This document shows, one piece after another, positions 20,980 to 30,630 of a stretch of DNA of 64,000 nt. A program made the translations under genes and the position numbers. The notes beneath the pieces were generated by a model. It saw nothing but the letters and a program-made list of their open reading frames with translations. It was not told the origin of the DNA and searched no databases. How positions within the stretch are numbered: the stretch's first letter is position 1; each line of letters starts with the position of its first letter. The DNA lies in the NCBI GenBank assembly GCA_041666485.1, contig JBAYGW010000001.1, forward strand, positions 15,299 through 79,298, written 5' to 3'. This DNA is from Patescibacteria group bacterium (GTDB taxonomy: Bacteria; Patescibacteriota; Patescibacteriia; UM-FILTER-42-10).

Positions 20980-21985
20980 TGGATTTAATTGTTAAAAAAT
21001 AATTTTCTAGTGCCAATTGAGGATTAATGCTATTAGTAAATTTTTCTTTTATGGAAAATAGTTTTTTTTGTTGGCTTATCAGATCTGCAAAAGAGTATTT
21101 GGCGGAGAGTTTTCTTAATACAGGCAGTTCAGCAGTGTTTATAATTTGTTTTTCCAGATAATTCTTAATTAAAATGCAATCATGCACAATTATGCTGAAA
21201 TAATTTATTAAATCACTTGCATTATCAATTCGTTCCTGATACTTTTTTAGTCCTAAATACTGCTGAATACATGCAAATTTTTCCGGGATGCCACTATTGT
21301 AAACCGACAATATTGCCTGAATATCATTTAAATATTTTTCGTATTTTTCTTGGTCATTATAGTATTCTATTGCTAAACCGGGCTTTCCCATCGCTAGCGC
21401 GGCGATTGTATCAGCTTTCAAAATATCACAGCCGCTATTTTGCAACATGTCTCTTATCTTTGATTTGGCGACTAATGAAAACTGGATAATTTGGCAACGT
21501 GATACAACAGTTGATGGAAGCGACTCTGTGTTCTCAGCAATAAGAATTATAATTGATTTTCCGGGAGGTTCTTCCAAAGTTTTTAGCAGAGCATTTGCCC
21601 CCTCAATATTCAGTTCATCGGCTGTATTGATAATCCCCACCTTTCTCTTACTTAAGAGGGTTGTTTTGTAAAAGTTATTTTGAAAAATTCGCAATTCACC
21701 CACAGAAATATTTTTTTTATCGGCCTCCTTCTGTAATAAATGAAAATCCGAATGAACATTTTTATCAAACTGCAGACATGAATCACATTTCCCGCAAGCT
21801 TTTATATTTTTGAGCGTGTCCCCTCTCTGACATAATGACGCTTTAGCAAAGCTATTTGCCAACTTGAATTTGCCTATTTTTCCAGGACCAACAAATAAGT
21901 ATGCGTGAGTAAATTTCTGGCCACTTATTGTATGATCCAGAAATTCTACTATCTTTTCGTTTCCTATAAACTCTTGTGGCGCCAT
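20972..21985 (-). CDS. holB: DNA polymerase III subunit delta'
   Basis: HAYLFVGP, CGKCDSC, ANALLKTLEEPP, SRCQ. Confidence 0.93.
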   Translation of the reverse strand: MAPQEFIGNEKIVEFLDHTISGQKFTHAYLFVGPGKIGKFKLANSFAKASLCQRGDTLKNIKACGKCDSCLQFDKNVHSDFHLLQKEADKKNISVGELRIFQNNFYKTTLLSKRKVGIINTADELNIEGANALLKTLEEPPGKSIIILIAENTESLPSTVVSRCQIIQFSLVAKSKIRDMLQNSGCDILKADTIAALAMGKPGLAIEYYNDQEKYEKYLNDIQAILSVYNSGIPEKFACIQQYLGLKKYQERIDNASDLINYFSIIVHDCILIKNYLEKQIINTAELPVLRKLSAKYSFADLISQQKKLFSIKEKFTNSINPQLALENYFLTIKSNA

Positions 21986-22046
21986 ATATGCAAATTAATT
22001 AACCGTTTTTATTATAAAATAACCTCATAATTTGGAGGATAATGCA

Positions 22047-22075
22047 ATCATATCACATTCTAAAGCACCATTCAA
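22047..22075 (-). promoter_or_regulatory. Sigma70 promoter for the holB-to-mrdA operon
   Basis: TTGAAT-17 nt-TATGAT with extended TGn. Confidence 0.65.
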
Positions 22076-22086
22076 GCCGTATTTTG

Positions 22087-23301
22087 TCAACTATGAACCG
22101 ATGTTTTAATATTTTGTAGGGTTTCTGCTGCGGTTTTTCCCCAGCTAAATCGCTTGATTCTTAAGTATCCGTTTTTTACCAGGTTATCCCTTACAAAACC
22201 CTCATTGTTTATGACCGATGACACTGATTTTGCGATTGCGGCGGGTTCATTTGGGTCAACAAGTAGCGCGGCATCTCCCACTACTTCTGGAATTGAGGCT
22301 GAATTTGAAGCTACGACCGGCGTGCCCACCGACATTGCTTCAAGTGGCGGTATACCAAACCCTTCATAAAAACTTGGAAATACAAAAACCTCAGCCGATT
22401 TAAGCAGTAATATTCTTTCTTCTTCAGTAACCCAGCCGGGCTGTATAACATGGTCTTCCAGCCCGTACTCCATGATCTTTTCTTGAGCTGACTCAAAGCG
22501 ATATCCGGGTTTTCCGATCAAGACTAATTGACCATCATAATTGTAATTCTTTTTCAAAATATTGAAGGCCTCAATTAAACCGGAAATATTCTTCTTTTCT
22601 TCAAGTCTGCCGATATATATGACAAATGATTTTTTGATACGGTATTTTTTTAAAATAAGATCAATCTCGTTTGATGATAAATCAGCCTGTAGTCGAGAGT
22701 TGTCATAAGCAAGAGGTATCACAGTAATTTTATTTTCGTATTTTTGCCCAAACAGTTCCAAAATCTCTGACTTTGTAAAATTAGAGATAGTTAGAATCTT
22801 TTTTGCATGTTTAAGCGCAAATCGGGCTGAAAAACGATGGTAGTCATACTCATTACTGCCGTACTTACCCATTGTAAAAATTTTTACTAAAATATTTATC
22901 AGCCATTTACTGAATGATGTTTTATAACCGATTGAATTCTTGGAATACAGTTTGTGGAATCTTTCAAAGCCAACATCATGCAGTGTTGTTACTGTGTTCT
23001 TCGGATGTATAACAGGAATTGTGTGAGCGGGAACAAAAAGAACATCGGGTTTTCTATAAAACATCTCCCAGGAAAGCCTTATCTGAGTCCATAAAAATTT
23101 TGGTGGCCATTTTAGCACTTTGCTGACAAAATTGGCCGGCAATTCGGCAAGCTCGCCCCTCAGCGGTTCCTTGGAATACAAAATAAACTGATCATTTGGA
23201 TCAGCGATTTTTTTAAATTCCTGAATTAGATAATAGGCATACCACTCTGTTCCGGTTCTTCTTAGTTCATTTGCTCTGGAAGCATCAATGCCAATTATCA
23301 T
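22087..23301 (-). CDS. Glycosyltransferase family 4
   Basis: GRLEEKKN, FPSFYEGFGIPPLEAM. Confidence 0.93.
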   Translation of the reverse strand: MIIGIDASRANELRRTGTEWYAYYLIQEFKKIADPNDQFILYSKEPLRGELAELPANFVSKVLKWPPKFLWTQIRLSWEMFYRKPDVLFVPAHTIPVIHPKNTVTTLHDVGFERFHKLYSKNSIGYKTSFSKWLINILVKIFTMGKYGSNEYDYHRFSARFALKHAKKILTISNFTKSEILELFGQKYENKITVIPLAYDNSRLQADLSSNEIDLILKKYRIKKSFVIYIGRLEEKKNISGLIEAFNILKKNYNYDGQLVLIGKPGYRFESAQEKIMEYGLEDHVIQPGWVTEEERILLLKSAEVFVFPSFYEGFGIPPLEAMSVGTPVVASNSASIPEVVGDAALLVDPNEPAAIAKSVSSVINNEGFVRDNLVKNGYLRIKRFSWGKTAAETLQNIKTSVHS

Positions 23302-23318
23302 AAGGTTCAGTAATGAAT

Positions 23319-24323
23319 TTATTTTGTTTCTAATATACTGCGCTTATAGGAATCCAAATTTTCCAGGGCAATTCCCGTACCTCTCACAACCGAAAGTAAC
23401 GGCTCGTCGGCGACATATGAAGGAACACCGGTGGTTCTTGTGAGCAGTTTATCAATATTTCTTAGTAAACCTCCGCCGCCGCTAATTACAATTCCACGGT
23501 CAATAATATCAGCGGCAAGTTCCGGAGGCGTATCTTGAAGCACGTCCTTGACCGCCAGTACAATACCTCTCAATTCTTCTTCAATAGCTTCAGTAACATC
23601 ATCACTGGTCGCGGTGATTGTGCGCGGTAGTCCGGTAACAATATCACGACCTCTGATATCGCTCGTCAGCTTTTCCGTCATTGGTAACGCGGATCCGATA
23701 TTTATTTTTAATAATTCAGCGGTCTTTTCACCAATTGCCAAGTTATATTTTTTTCTGATGTATTCCGCGATTGCGTTATCAAATTTATTACCGCCGATTC
23801 TTACTGAAGTATTGGTGACCATTCCGCCAAGTGAAATTACAGCTACCTCTGATGTTCCTCCTCCGATATCTATGATCATATGGCCAGATGCCGAACCGAT
23901 CGGAATGTTTGAACCGATCGCCGCGGCAATTGGTTCCTTGATAATATAAGCGGCCTTTGCCCCGGCTTGTAATGTTGCGTCAATCACCGCACGGCGCTCA
24001 GTGGAGGTAATTCCGGCGGGAACAGCAATCATCACTTCCGGACGAAACAGACGGACCCCACCCAATGCTTTGTTAACAAAATATCTCAGCATGCTTTCAG
24101 TAGTCTTGTAATCGGCGATTACGCCGTCCTTTAACGGTCGTGATGCGACTATCGTATCGGGCGTTCTGCCCAGCATCTCATTTGCTTCATTTCCTACTGC
24201 TAGGACTCTTTTATCAGAAATTGAAATAGCCACTACTGAAGGTTCATTTATTACAATACCGCGCTTTGGTACGTAAACCAGCGTATTTGCAGTTCCTAAA
24301 TCTATTCCAATTTTTCTAGACAT
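23319..24323 (-). CDS. Second MreB-family actin (MreB/Mbl paralog)
   Basis: IGIDLGTANTLV, DIGGGTSE; not linked to mreCD. Confidence 0.93.
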   Translation of the reverse strand: MSRKIGIDLGTANTLVYVPKRGIVINEPSVVAISISDKRVLAVGNEANEMLGRTPDTIVASRPLKDGVIADYKTTESMLRYFVNKALGGVRLFRPEVMIAVPAGITSTERRAVIDATLQAGAKAAYIIKEPIAAAIGSNIPIGSASGHMIIDIGGGTSEVAVISLGGMVTNTSVRIGGNKFDNAIAEYIRKKYNLAIGEKTAELLKINIGSALPMTEKLTSDIRGRDIVTGLPRTITATSDDVTEAIEEELRGIVLAVKDVLQDTPPELAADIIDRGIVISGGGGLLRNIDKLLTRTTGVPSYVADEPLLSVVRGTGIALENLDSYKRSILETK

Positions 24324-26296
24324 TACTTGAATTTTACACTAAATTCACGATCTTGCCCAAGATCCGTAGGGAAAGTTACTATATTTTGCCCATCTTGAGC
24401 ACCTTTGTCAATAGGATAGTACGAATCAATCCTTTTCCCCAGATCAAGTTTTATGTTTAGTCCATAAGTAGCTGTTCCGGATTGCTTTTGCACAAATAAT
24501 GAGTAATCGCCTGCAGCAATTTTCTCAGAAATTTTTTGTGGCAGTTTATAATTAAACATCAACTCACCTTGTTCCTGCGGTTCTATAGAAATGAATCCGC
24601 CAAATACTGTTTTTCCAAATTCTGTGGTAATCTCCACTTCACCTGGCTTACCTCCGTGCAATTTATCATTTTCCATGACTCCTCCCGAATTCAAAAGCTC
24701 GCTTCCTTCCGGAACGTATACACGGGTGTAGGTTCTGTAGCGCGTTGATTTCCAATTAAAAGTTCCCTGATTGTCATAATGAATCTTAACCGTGGCAATA
24801 TAGTCATTGTCAGAGTTCTTTTCCACATTATAATTGATCGTGCGGATAACTCCGGGATCGGATTTAAGACTGGCCATGTTTGAATCAACAATGTGCAAAT
24901 AATCGCCGTCCACTGAACGGATACTGCCGCCCCAGCCCTGATCAAGTATTGATTGTTGTATCCCCTTATCTTTCAAATAAAGGAGTATGTGCTTTGCATT
25001 TGTATCTTTTTGAAACGTAGTCCATAAATCAGGCCATTTGTTGGATGGAAGCTCAAGTACTTTATCCAAAAGTTTGGATGATAATACGCCGATTATCTCT
25101 TTTCGCTCTGTTTCTGAAATACCCTGGCGATAAAATCCCTGCTCAACCTGATACTGAAGTGTTTCTATAAAATTTTCAGAAGTAAACGTAATTCCATTAA
25201 CATCAATCGGACCGGTTAAGGCAATAAGCGATTCAATAAATGTTGGGGTAACGGCAATTACTCCGTCAATTTTGTTTTCAGTTCCGCCTTCCTGATGATA
25301 AAACCACTCAGCCTTTTCCGCCGTGGTTGGAAAATCAGGTGACCAGTTAGAGTCACGCATAAACCATTTGTCGGCGCTTAAATATTTCTGCAGTTGCCAG
25401 GGCGGCTCAGCAATTAATGTGCTGTGGTTAGGTGTATCAAGATTATAAATATTATCGGTATTAAAATAATCAATCGCGCCGTTACTCAATTTTAGTATCC
25501 CGTATGTTCCAATAAATCCTCCGGTGGGTCTCAGTTCGGTGTTATTTTGGAGTAAAAATAAGTAAGTCTTTTTAGCAGGATAGCCCGCGATTTGCGGGAT
25601 TGATTCCGCAGCAGGAATTGCCAATTCCAAGCCGCTCTGTATTGCCGGTAACTGCTCCTTTAATGGCGTAACAATTTTCTTTATTGAACCAATCAAACCT
25701 TTTTCAGGAATGTTATCAATCGCCTCAACTGCCAAATCTATATCAGCCTTTACTCCCTGGAGTAGCGGCGGAGCCTCGTAGATTGTTTTAAGTATTCTTT
25801 TCGTCTGTTCCGGAGAAATCGTTGATAGACTTACTGTTCCTCCATCTTTCTTTAGAGGCGCAAAAACAGAATCACCTAAATCGGTTATATCCTGTAAACC
25901 ATTGCCCAGCTGAATCGTTGCAATTAATATATTATCTACGGCATTAATCTGCCGCCCTAGAACTGGTATAAATTTAAGATATTTCAGCTTTTGAATTTCA
26001 GTTTTTGAATTTTGCAGTTTTTCGTCCGCTGTAACTAATGCTCTCTTTGCTCCGCTAAAATCCTGTGCCCCAATTGCACCTTGTGCTCTAACAAAGTCCT
26101 CTCTACCGGCTAGTGCAAAATCATATGCTGACTTAACGGTAGGATAATAGATGATAATGGGAATGATAACTAAAACAGCAAGACCTGCGACATAGTAGAT
26201 CCATTTCCTAGAATGTTTCCCCTTTTTGCCTTGACGGGGGTTTTTTTCCGCAAAGTTCAACAAGTGATTAATCTTCTGCTTGCTATTTTTTTTCAT
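24323..26296 (-). CDS. DUF4012-domain membrane-anchored protein
   Basis: LLQNNTELRPTGGFIG and RDSNWSPDFP signatures; N-terminal TM. Confidence 0.9.
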   Translation of the reverse strand: MKKNSKQKINHLLNFAEKNPRQGKKGKHSRKWIYYVAGLAVLVIIPIIIYYPTVKSAYDFALAGREDFVRAQGAIGAQDFSGAKRALVTADEKLQNSKTEIQKLKYLKFIPVLGRQINAVDNILIATIQLGNGLQDITDLGDSVFAPLKKDGGTVSLSTISPEQTKRILKTIYEAPPLLQGVKADIDLAVEAIDNIPEKGLIGSIKKIVTPLKEQLPAIQSGLELAIPAAESIPQIAGYPAKKTYLFLLQNNTELRPTGGFIGTYGILKLSNGAIDYFNTDNIYNLDTPNHSTLIAEPPWQLQKYLSADKWFMRDSNWSPDFPTTAEKAEWFYHQEGGTENKIDGVIAVTPTFIESLIALTGPIDVNGITFTSENFIETLQYQVEQGFYRQGISETERKEIIGVLSSKLLDKVLELPSNKWPDLWTTFQKDTNAKHILLYLKDKGIQQSILDQGWGGSIRSVDGDYLHIVDSNMASLKSDPGVIRTINYNVEKNSDNDYIATVKIHYDNQGTFNWKSTRYRTYTRVYVPEGSELLNSGGVMENDKLHGGKPGEVEITTEFGKTVFGGFISIEPQEQGELMFNYKLPQKISEKIAAGDYSLFVQKQSGTATYGLNIKLDLGKRIDSYYPIDKGAQDGQNIVTFPTDLGQDREFSVKFK

Positions 26297-27102
26297 TTAT
26301 TTTTTATCGGTAATGGTTTTCCTTTAAATTTTTTTGCGTAATGTAAAAAATCTCTAACATGGACTCGGGTAACATAATTGAAAATACCGGACAATCCAGG
26401 GCTCGCCGCGGACTCTCTATGATGGTAGTGAATCATTTTTGAATCCGCTACGTAGTATACTTTATAGTTTTTTTCCCAAAACATTCTGCACCAATCCGTG
26501 TCGCCAATATAAAGAAAATATTCCTCATCCAGTAATCCCACGTCATCAATCGCTGATTTTCTTGCTAGGATAAATGCACCGAATAACCAGTCAACAGGCC
26601 GGTTACTATTATGATCAAAATCAAGCATCAGATAGTTATTCAGGTATTTTTGTGCGGATTTTGTCTTACCAAGAGGGCTTCTTCTGTACAACGGCATTAT
26701 TCCGGTCGGAAAACGGAGACATGAATTCTGGACTGATCCGTCGGGATTGAGTAATTTCGGTCCGCAACACCCAACATCCGGATTATTATCCATAAAGGAT
26801 ACTAATTTTTCCACTGAGCCGGAAGCAATAACGATATCGGGATTGACTATTGCAATATATTTACCGTGGGCTGCTTTAATACCGGCGTTATTGCCCGCAC
26901 TGAATCCTTTATTTTGTGTTTGCTCTATAAAACGAACCGAAGGAAATTCAGCCTTTAAGCTTTTTACACCACCAGTTGGTGAAGCATTATCAACTACAAT
27001 AATTTCATAATCAACAGAAATATTTGATTTCAAAATATTCTTCAGACAGTACCGCACAAGGCCTGCAGATTTATAGTTTAAAATAATTAATGATAGAGTC
27101 AT
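26293..27102 (-). CDS. Glycosyltransferase family 2 (WbbL-like)
   Basis: IIVVDNAS, GFSAGNN, NPD, LDEEYFLY. Confidence 0.92.
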   Translation of the reverse strand: MTLSLIILNYKSAGLVRYCLKNILKSNISVDYEIIVVDNASPTGGVKSLKAEFPSVRFIEQTQNKGFSAGNNAGIKAAHGKYIAIVNPDIVIASGSVEKLVSFMDNNPDVGCCGPKLLNPDGSVQNSCLRFPTGIMPLYRRSPLGKTKSAQKYLNNYLMLDFDHNSNRPVDWLFGAFILARKSAIDDVGLLDEEYFLYIGDTDWCRMFWEKNYKVYYVADSKMIHYHHRESAASPGLSGIFNYVTRVHVRDFLHYAKKFKGKPLPIKNK

Positions 27103-28106
27103 TGGAACCACCTCTGTAATTTATTTTTAGACAGTTTTATTTTAGAATTGACCGTTGCTCTTTTTTTTAATATTTGAGGGAGATTGCGGAAAAAGCTTAT
27201 TAAAGCGCTCAGCGATGACGGTTCTCGCAGGAGTAAATAGACAAATTTCTTAATCTCGTACCAGATAAGAAAAGGGTTAAATAGTATATTTACCCAGGCT
27301 TCGTTTTTAATCAGCATAAACCAATGATTGCGGTAGGACAAATAGTTCACTTTATTGGATTTATTTTGCCGGTTTCTAATCGTACCCTGATCGGACAGAT
27401 CTGTTGCCATTGCCGCGCCTCTGGCGTGGATTGCTACTGCTGACGCGATATAAGAAGATGAATAACCAAGCAATTGAAGTCGCCATGCCAGATCAACATC
27501 TTCTTTATACGAAAAAAAACTCTCGTCAAAATATTGGTTGTTGTAGGCAATAGCATTCAGTGCCGCTCTTTGGTACATAACTAGAGCGCCTGATATACCA
27601 AATACTTCCCCGGAATTGCTGAATTTATCCGAATTTCTTTCATTTTCTCCCCGATCAACAGCTCTTCTGCTGCGATTAATTGCGATTCCAGTAGAATCAA
27701 TAATATCAGAGTTGGCGGGGTTATTCAAGTCTGCAGTTGACTTCAATAGTTTACCGCCGACAGAGCCGATAGTTGAGTCGGACTTGATTTTATAATAAAG
27801 TTGCTCAAGCAAATTAGCGGCCATTACAATATCTGTATTGCAGAGCAGTACGTATGGCGATTTTGAAAGACTTATCCCCTGATTATTTGCCTTTGCAAAG
27901 CCCAGGTTACTGTTATTTCTGATTATGGTTACGTTCGGATAATTTTGTTCAATCCAAAATACAGAATTATCAGATGAGCCGTTGTCAACAACTATCACTT
28001 CAAAATTTCGCAAAGTCTGAATATTAATGGAATTAAAAAGCGTCGGAAGATATTTTATACTATTCCAGGTAACAATAATAATTGAAATTTCTGGTATGTT
28101 ATTCAC
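27099..28106 (-). CDS. Glycosyltransferase family 2
   Basis: VVDNGSSD, GFAKANN, FDESFFSYKEDVDL. Confidence 0.92.
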   Translation of the reverse strand: MNNIPEISIIIVTWNSIKYLPTLFNSINIQTLRNFEVIVVDNGSSDNSVFWIEQNYPNVTIIRNNSNLGFAKANNQGISLSKSPYVLLCNTDIVMAANLLEQLYYKIKSDSTIGSVGGKLLKSTADLNNPANSDIIDSTGIAINRSRRAVDRGENERNSDKFSNSGEVFGISGALVMYQRAALNAIAYNNQYFDESFFSYKEDVDLAWRLQLLGYSSSYIASAVAIHARGAAMATDLSDQGTIRNRQNKSNKVNYLSYRNHWFMLIKNEAWVNILFNPFLIWYEIKKFVYLLLREPSSLSALISFFRNLPQILKKRATVNSKIKLSKNKLQRWFQ

Positions 28107-29628
28107 GATTTTCTTTGCTCAAAGTATTATCCGCCGGAACATGATTGGTTAATGAAACGAATACAGCGGTGGTCAGTAATAAATAACCAATACCTAGTGG
28201 ATGGTTTAAATACGGGGTTGTTGCATTGATTGTGCACAGTACCACTAAGCCGACCAGTAGACCAATTATCAGTGAACTTTCCAATGGACGCTGAACATAC
28301 AGCCGGTACGCCCGCATGCCATATCGGAAAAGTGAAACTAATAGCAATAAATATGCCAGCAAACCAAATATTCCCATCTCAATCCATGTATCAAGATAAC
28401 CCCACTCAAATGAAAATGTTTTATACATACCGTCCGGGTTTGCCGCCAGTGCTCGTGGGTCTGATGTCTGGTATGTAACAGAAGTGCCAAAACCGGAGCC
28501 AAGAATCGGATTCTCACGTATTTTATCCATTAGAGGATCAAGCAATTTAAACCGGCTGGCGGATGCCGCCTCCTCTGTTACGTCCTTAGTCCTTTCTTCA
28601 ATTAATCCCCCGCTAAAGGATGAAGGATTCGGCCAGGGAAATTTGATTATTCCTAATACGGAAATATAGACAACCAAAAAAACGGAAAACATGGATAGTC
28701 CAACCTGAAAAGTTTTTTTCATTGACAGCTTCATAATGAACAGGATGGCATACATAAGAAAAACAATCCCGACGATTCCGCCAAGCCAAAAACTCCGTGA
28801 ATAACTGACAAAAGTCACTAGGGCGGATAAAAAACCAACGAGCGAATAAATTAAGTAATCTCCTCTTTTGAAATTATTTTTAGTGACATTAATGAGGATG
28901 GCTGATATCACAAAAAAACTGAAAATTGCGTATATATGGCTCTGGAAAAATATTCTGTAAAAATCATTATCCATTTTAGTAATTTCGCCTACGCCGGTAT
29001 CGCGTACCCATTTATAAAGGCTGGGCAAAACAAACTGAACCTGATGGGAAAATAGAAACAAAAGTACTACAGTTTTAATAAGCATGGCTAAAACAGCTGC
29101 GGATGCAACCTGGAATACCCTTTGAATCTGCCTAGCGCTTGATACAGCAGAGATAAATACAGGCAGTAGGGCAAAAAACAGCCACCCGTTTACATCGTAA
29201 AAAATATCCTTTATTGGATTATTATTCAAGTATCCGACCAGAATTCCTAGCACAACAAATACTAAAACAATTCCGTACCATTTAATTAAGCCAAAGTTTT
29301 TAAACCTGAATTTTCTAACAAATATTTCCCTGACAGCCCATACAGTAAAAATTGACAAAAACAATCCTAGGCGCAACGATACGGAGATCCCGGATATTTC
29401 GTAAGAAAACAAATATCCTTTTGAACCGATAATTAGTTCCGCTAAAATAAAATATATTCCGTACTCTATTTTCCAGATCGCGAGGCCCGCGGCAATAATT
29501 ATCAAAGCAAAAAAACCACCAGTTTTCAATATTGGATAAAAAGATGCAGTATACGAAATAAACTCAATCAGAGTAATGATTAATAACGTATAAACAAAAT
29601 TTCTACCCAGCAATCTTATTGATTTCAT
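28099..29628 (-). CDS. O-antigen ligase/polymerase family membrane protein
   Basis: Many TM helices, SYSRSFW, S..SR, PILGSGFG, E.GIFG. Confidence 0.85.
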   Translation of the reverse strand: MKSIRLLGRNFVYTLLIITLIEFISYTASFYPILKTGGFFALIIIAAGLAIWKIEYGIYFILAELIIGSKGYLFSYEISGISVSLRLGLFLSIFTVWAVREIFVRKFRFKNFGLIKWYGIVLVFVVLGILVGYLNNNPIKDIFYDVNGWLFFALLPVFISAVSSARQIQRVFQVASAAVLAMLIKTVVLLFLFSHQVQFVLPSLYKWVRDTGVGEITKMDNDFYRIFFQSHIYAIFSFFVISAILINVTKNNFKRGDYLIYSLVGFLSALVTFVSYSRSFWLGGIVGIVFLMYAILFIMKLSMKKTFQVGLSMFSVFLVVYISVLGIIKFPWPNPSSFSGGLIEERTKDVTEEAASASRFKLLDPLMDKIRENPILGSGFGTSVTYQTSDPRALAANPDGMYKTFSFEWGYLDTWIEMGIFGLLAYLLLLVSLFRYGMRAYRLYVQRPLESSLIIGLLVGLVVLCTINATTPYLNHPLGIGYLLLTTAVFVSLTNHVPADNTLSKENRE

Positions 29629-30509
29629 TGAATATTTATTTTATTATTTTTCTGCTCAAATACACCGACGATCGCTGATAATGCAATACTAATCGGAATA
29701 AACATCATAAGTATCCAGTAGACAAATCGGCCATGATGCTTTTTCATATAATACAGCAGACTCTTGTTAAAAAGCTTTTGCTCCTTAACCGCGCATAAGC
29801 GTGCGAAACTCTGGCTCTGATTATGAATAATAGAAAAGGTCGGTGAATATATCACTTCCCACCCGGCTGATTTAGCGCGTCTACAGTAGTCCACATCTTC
29901 AAACCAAATCCAGAAATGTTCATCCAGCATGCCGATCTGCTCAATACAGGAACGGCGCAGGAACATATAGGCCCCCATCACCTGATCAACTTTCTGCTCT
30001 TTTGTATAATCAAAATCCAGAGCAAAATATTTTTTTATTGGTTTTAGATTCGGAAAAAAATTATGCAATTTGCAAAGAACTAAAATTTGCGAAAGCAGAG
30101 AAGGAAATTTTCTTACCGAGTATTGCATTGTCCCGTCAGGATTATGAATCGCACAACCCAGGATGCCAGCTTTTTCATAATTCCGCATATATGCAATAGA
30201 ATCAATTAGGGTATTTTCATTTACTTTAGTATCGGGATTCAGCAGTAACACATACCCTCCGCGGGAAATTTTGATTGCCTGATTGTTTGCTTTGGCAAAT
30301 CCTTTGTTAGCCGTATTCCGTATCAGATTTATATCAGTATAGGAATCAGTAATAACTTTTGTGGTATTATCCTTGGAATTATTGTCAACAACAAAAACCT
30401 CAATATTAAGGTTTTGTTTTGCCTTTTCAATGGATGTTAAACAGTCCGATATGTCCTTTTCAGAATTCCAGGTTACAATCACAATTGATAGATCAACTTC
30501 ATTGCTCAT
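29625..30509 (-). CDS. Glycosyltransferase family 2
   Basis: VVDNNSKD, GFAKANN, LLNPDT, FEDVDYC; the ATG at 30509 (MSNEVDLS) is preferred as start. Confidence 0.9.
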   Translation of the reverse strand: MSNEVDLSIVIVTWNSEKDISDCLTSIEKAKQNLNIEVFVVDNNSKDNTTKVITDSYTDINLIRNTANKGFAKANNQAIKISRGGYVLLLNPDTKVNENTLIDSIAYMRNYEKAGILGCAIHNPDGTMQYSVRKFPSLLSQILVLCKLHNFFPNLKPIKKYFALDFDYTKEQKVDQVMGAYMFLRRSCIEQIGMLDEHFWIWFEDVDYCRRAKSAGWEVIYSPTFSIIHNQSQSFARLCAVKEQKLFNKSLLYYMKKHHGRFVYWILMMFIPISIALSAIVGVFEQKNNKINIQ

Positions 30510-30630
30510 AGTCCATATTTTACGATATTCAAGGGCTTCTGGCAATTACCCATCAAAACACCAAAAAGGCTCACAGCGTTCAATATTTTGCTGATACAGG
30601 AGTAATATTTGGTAAATAAGACGATGTGTA

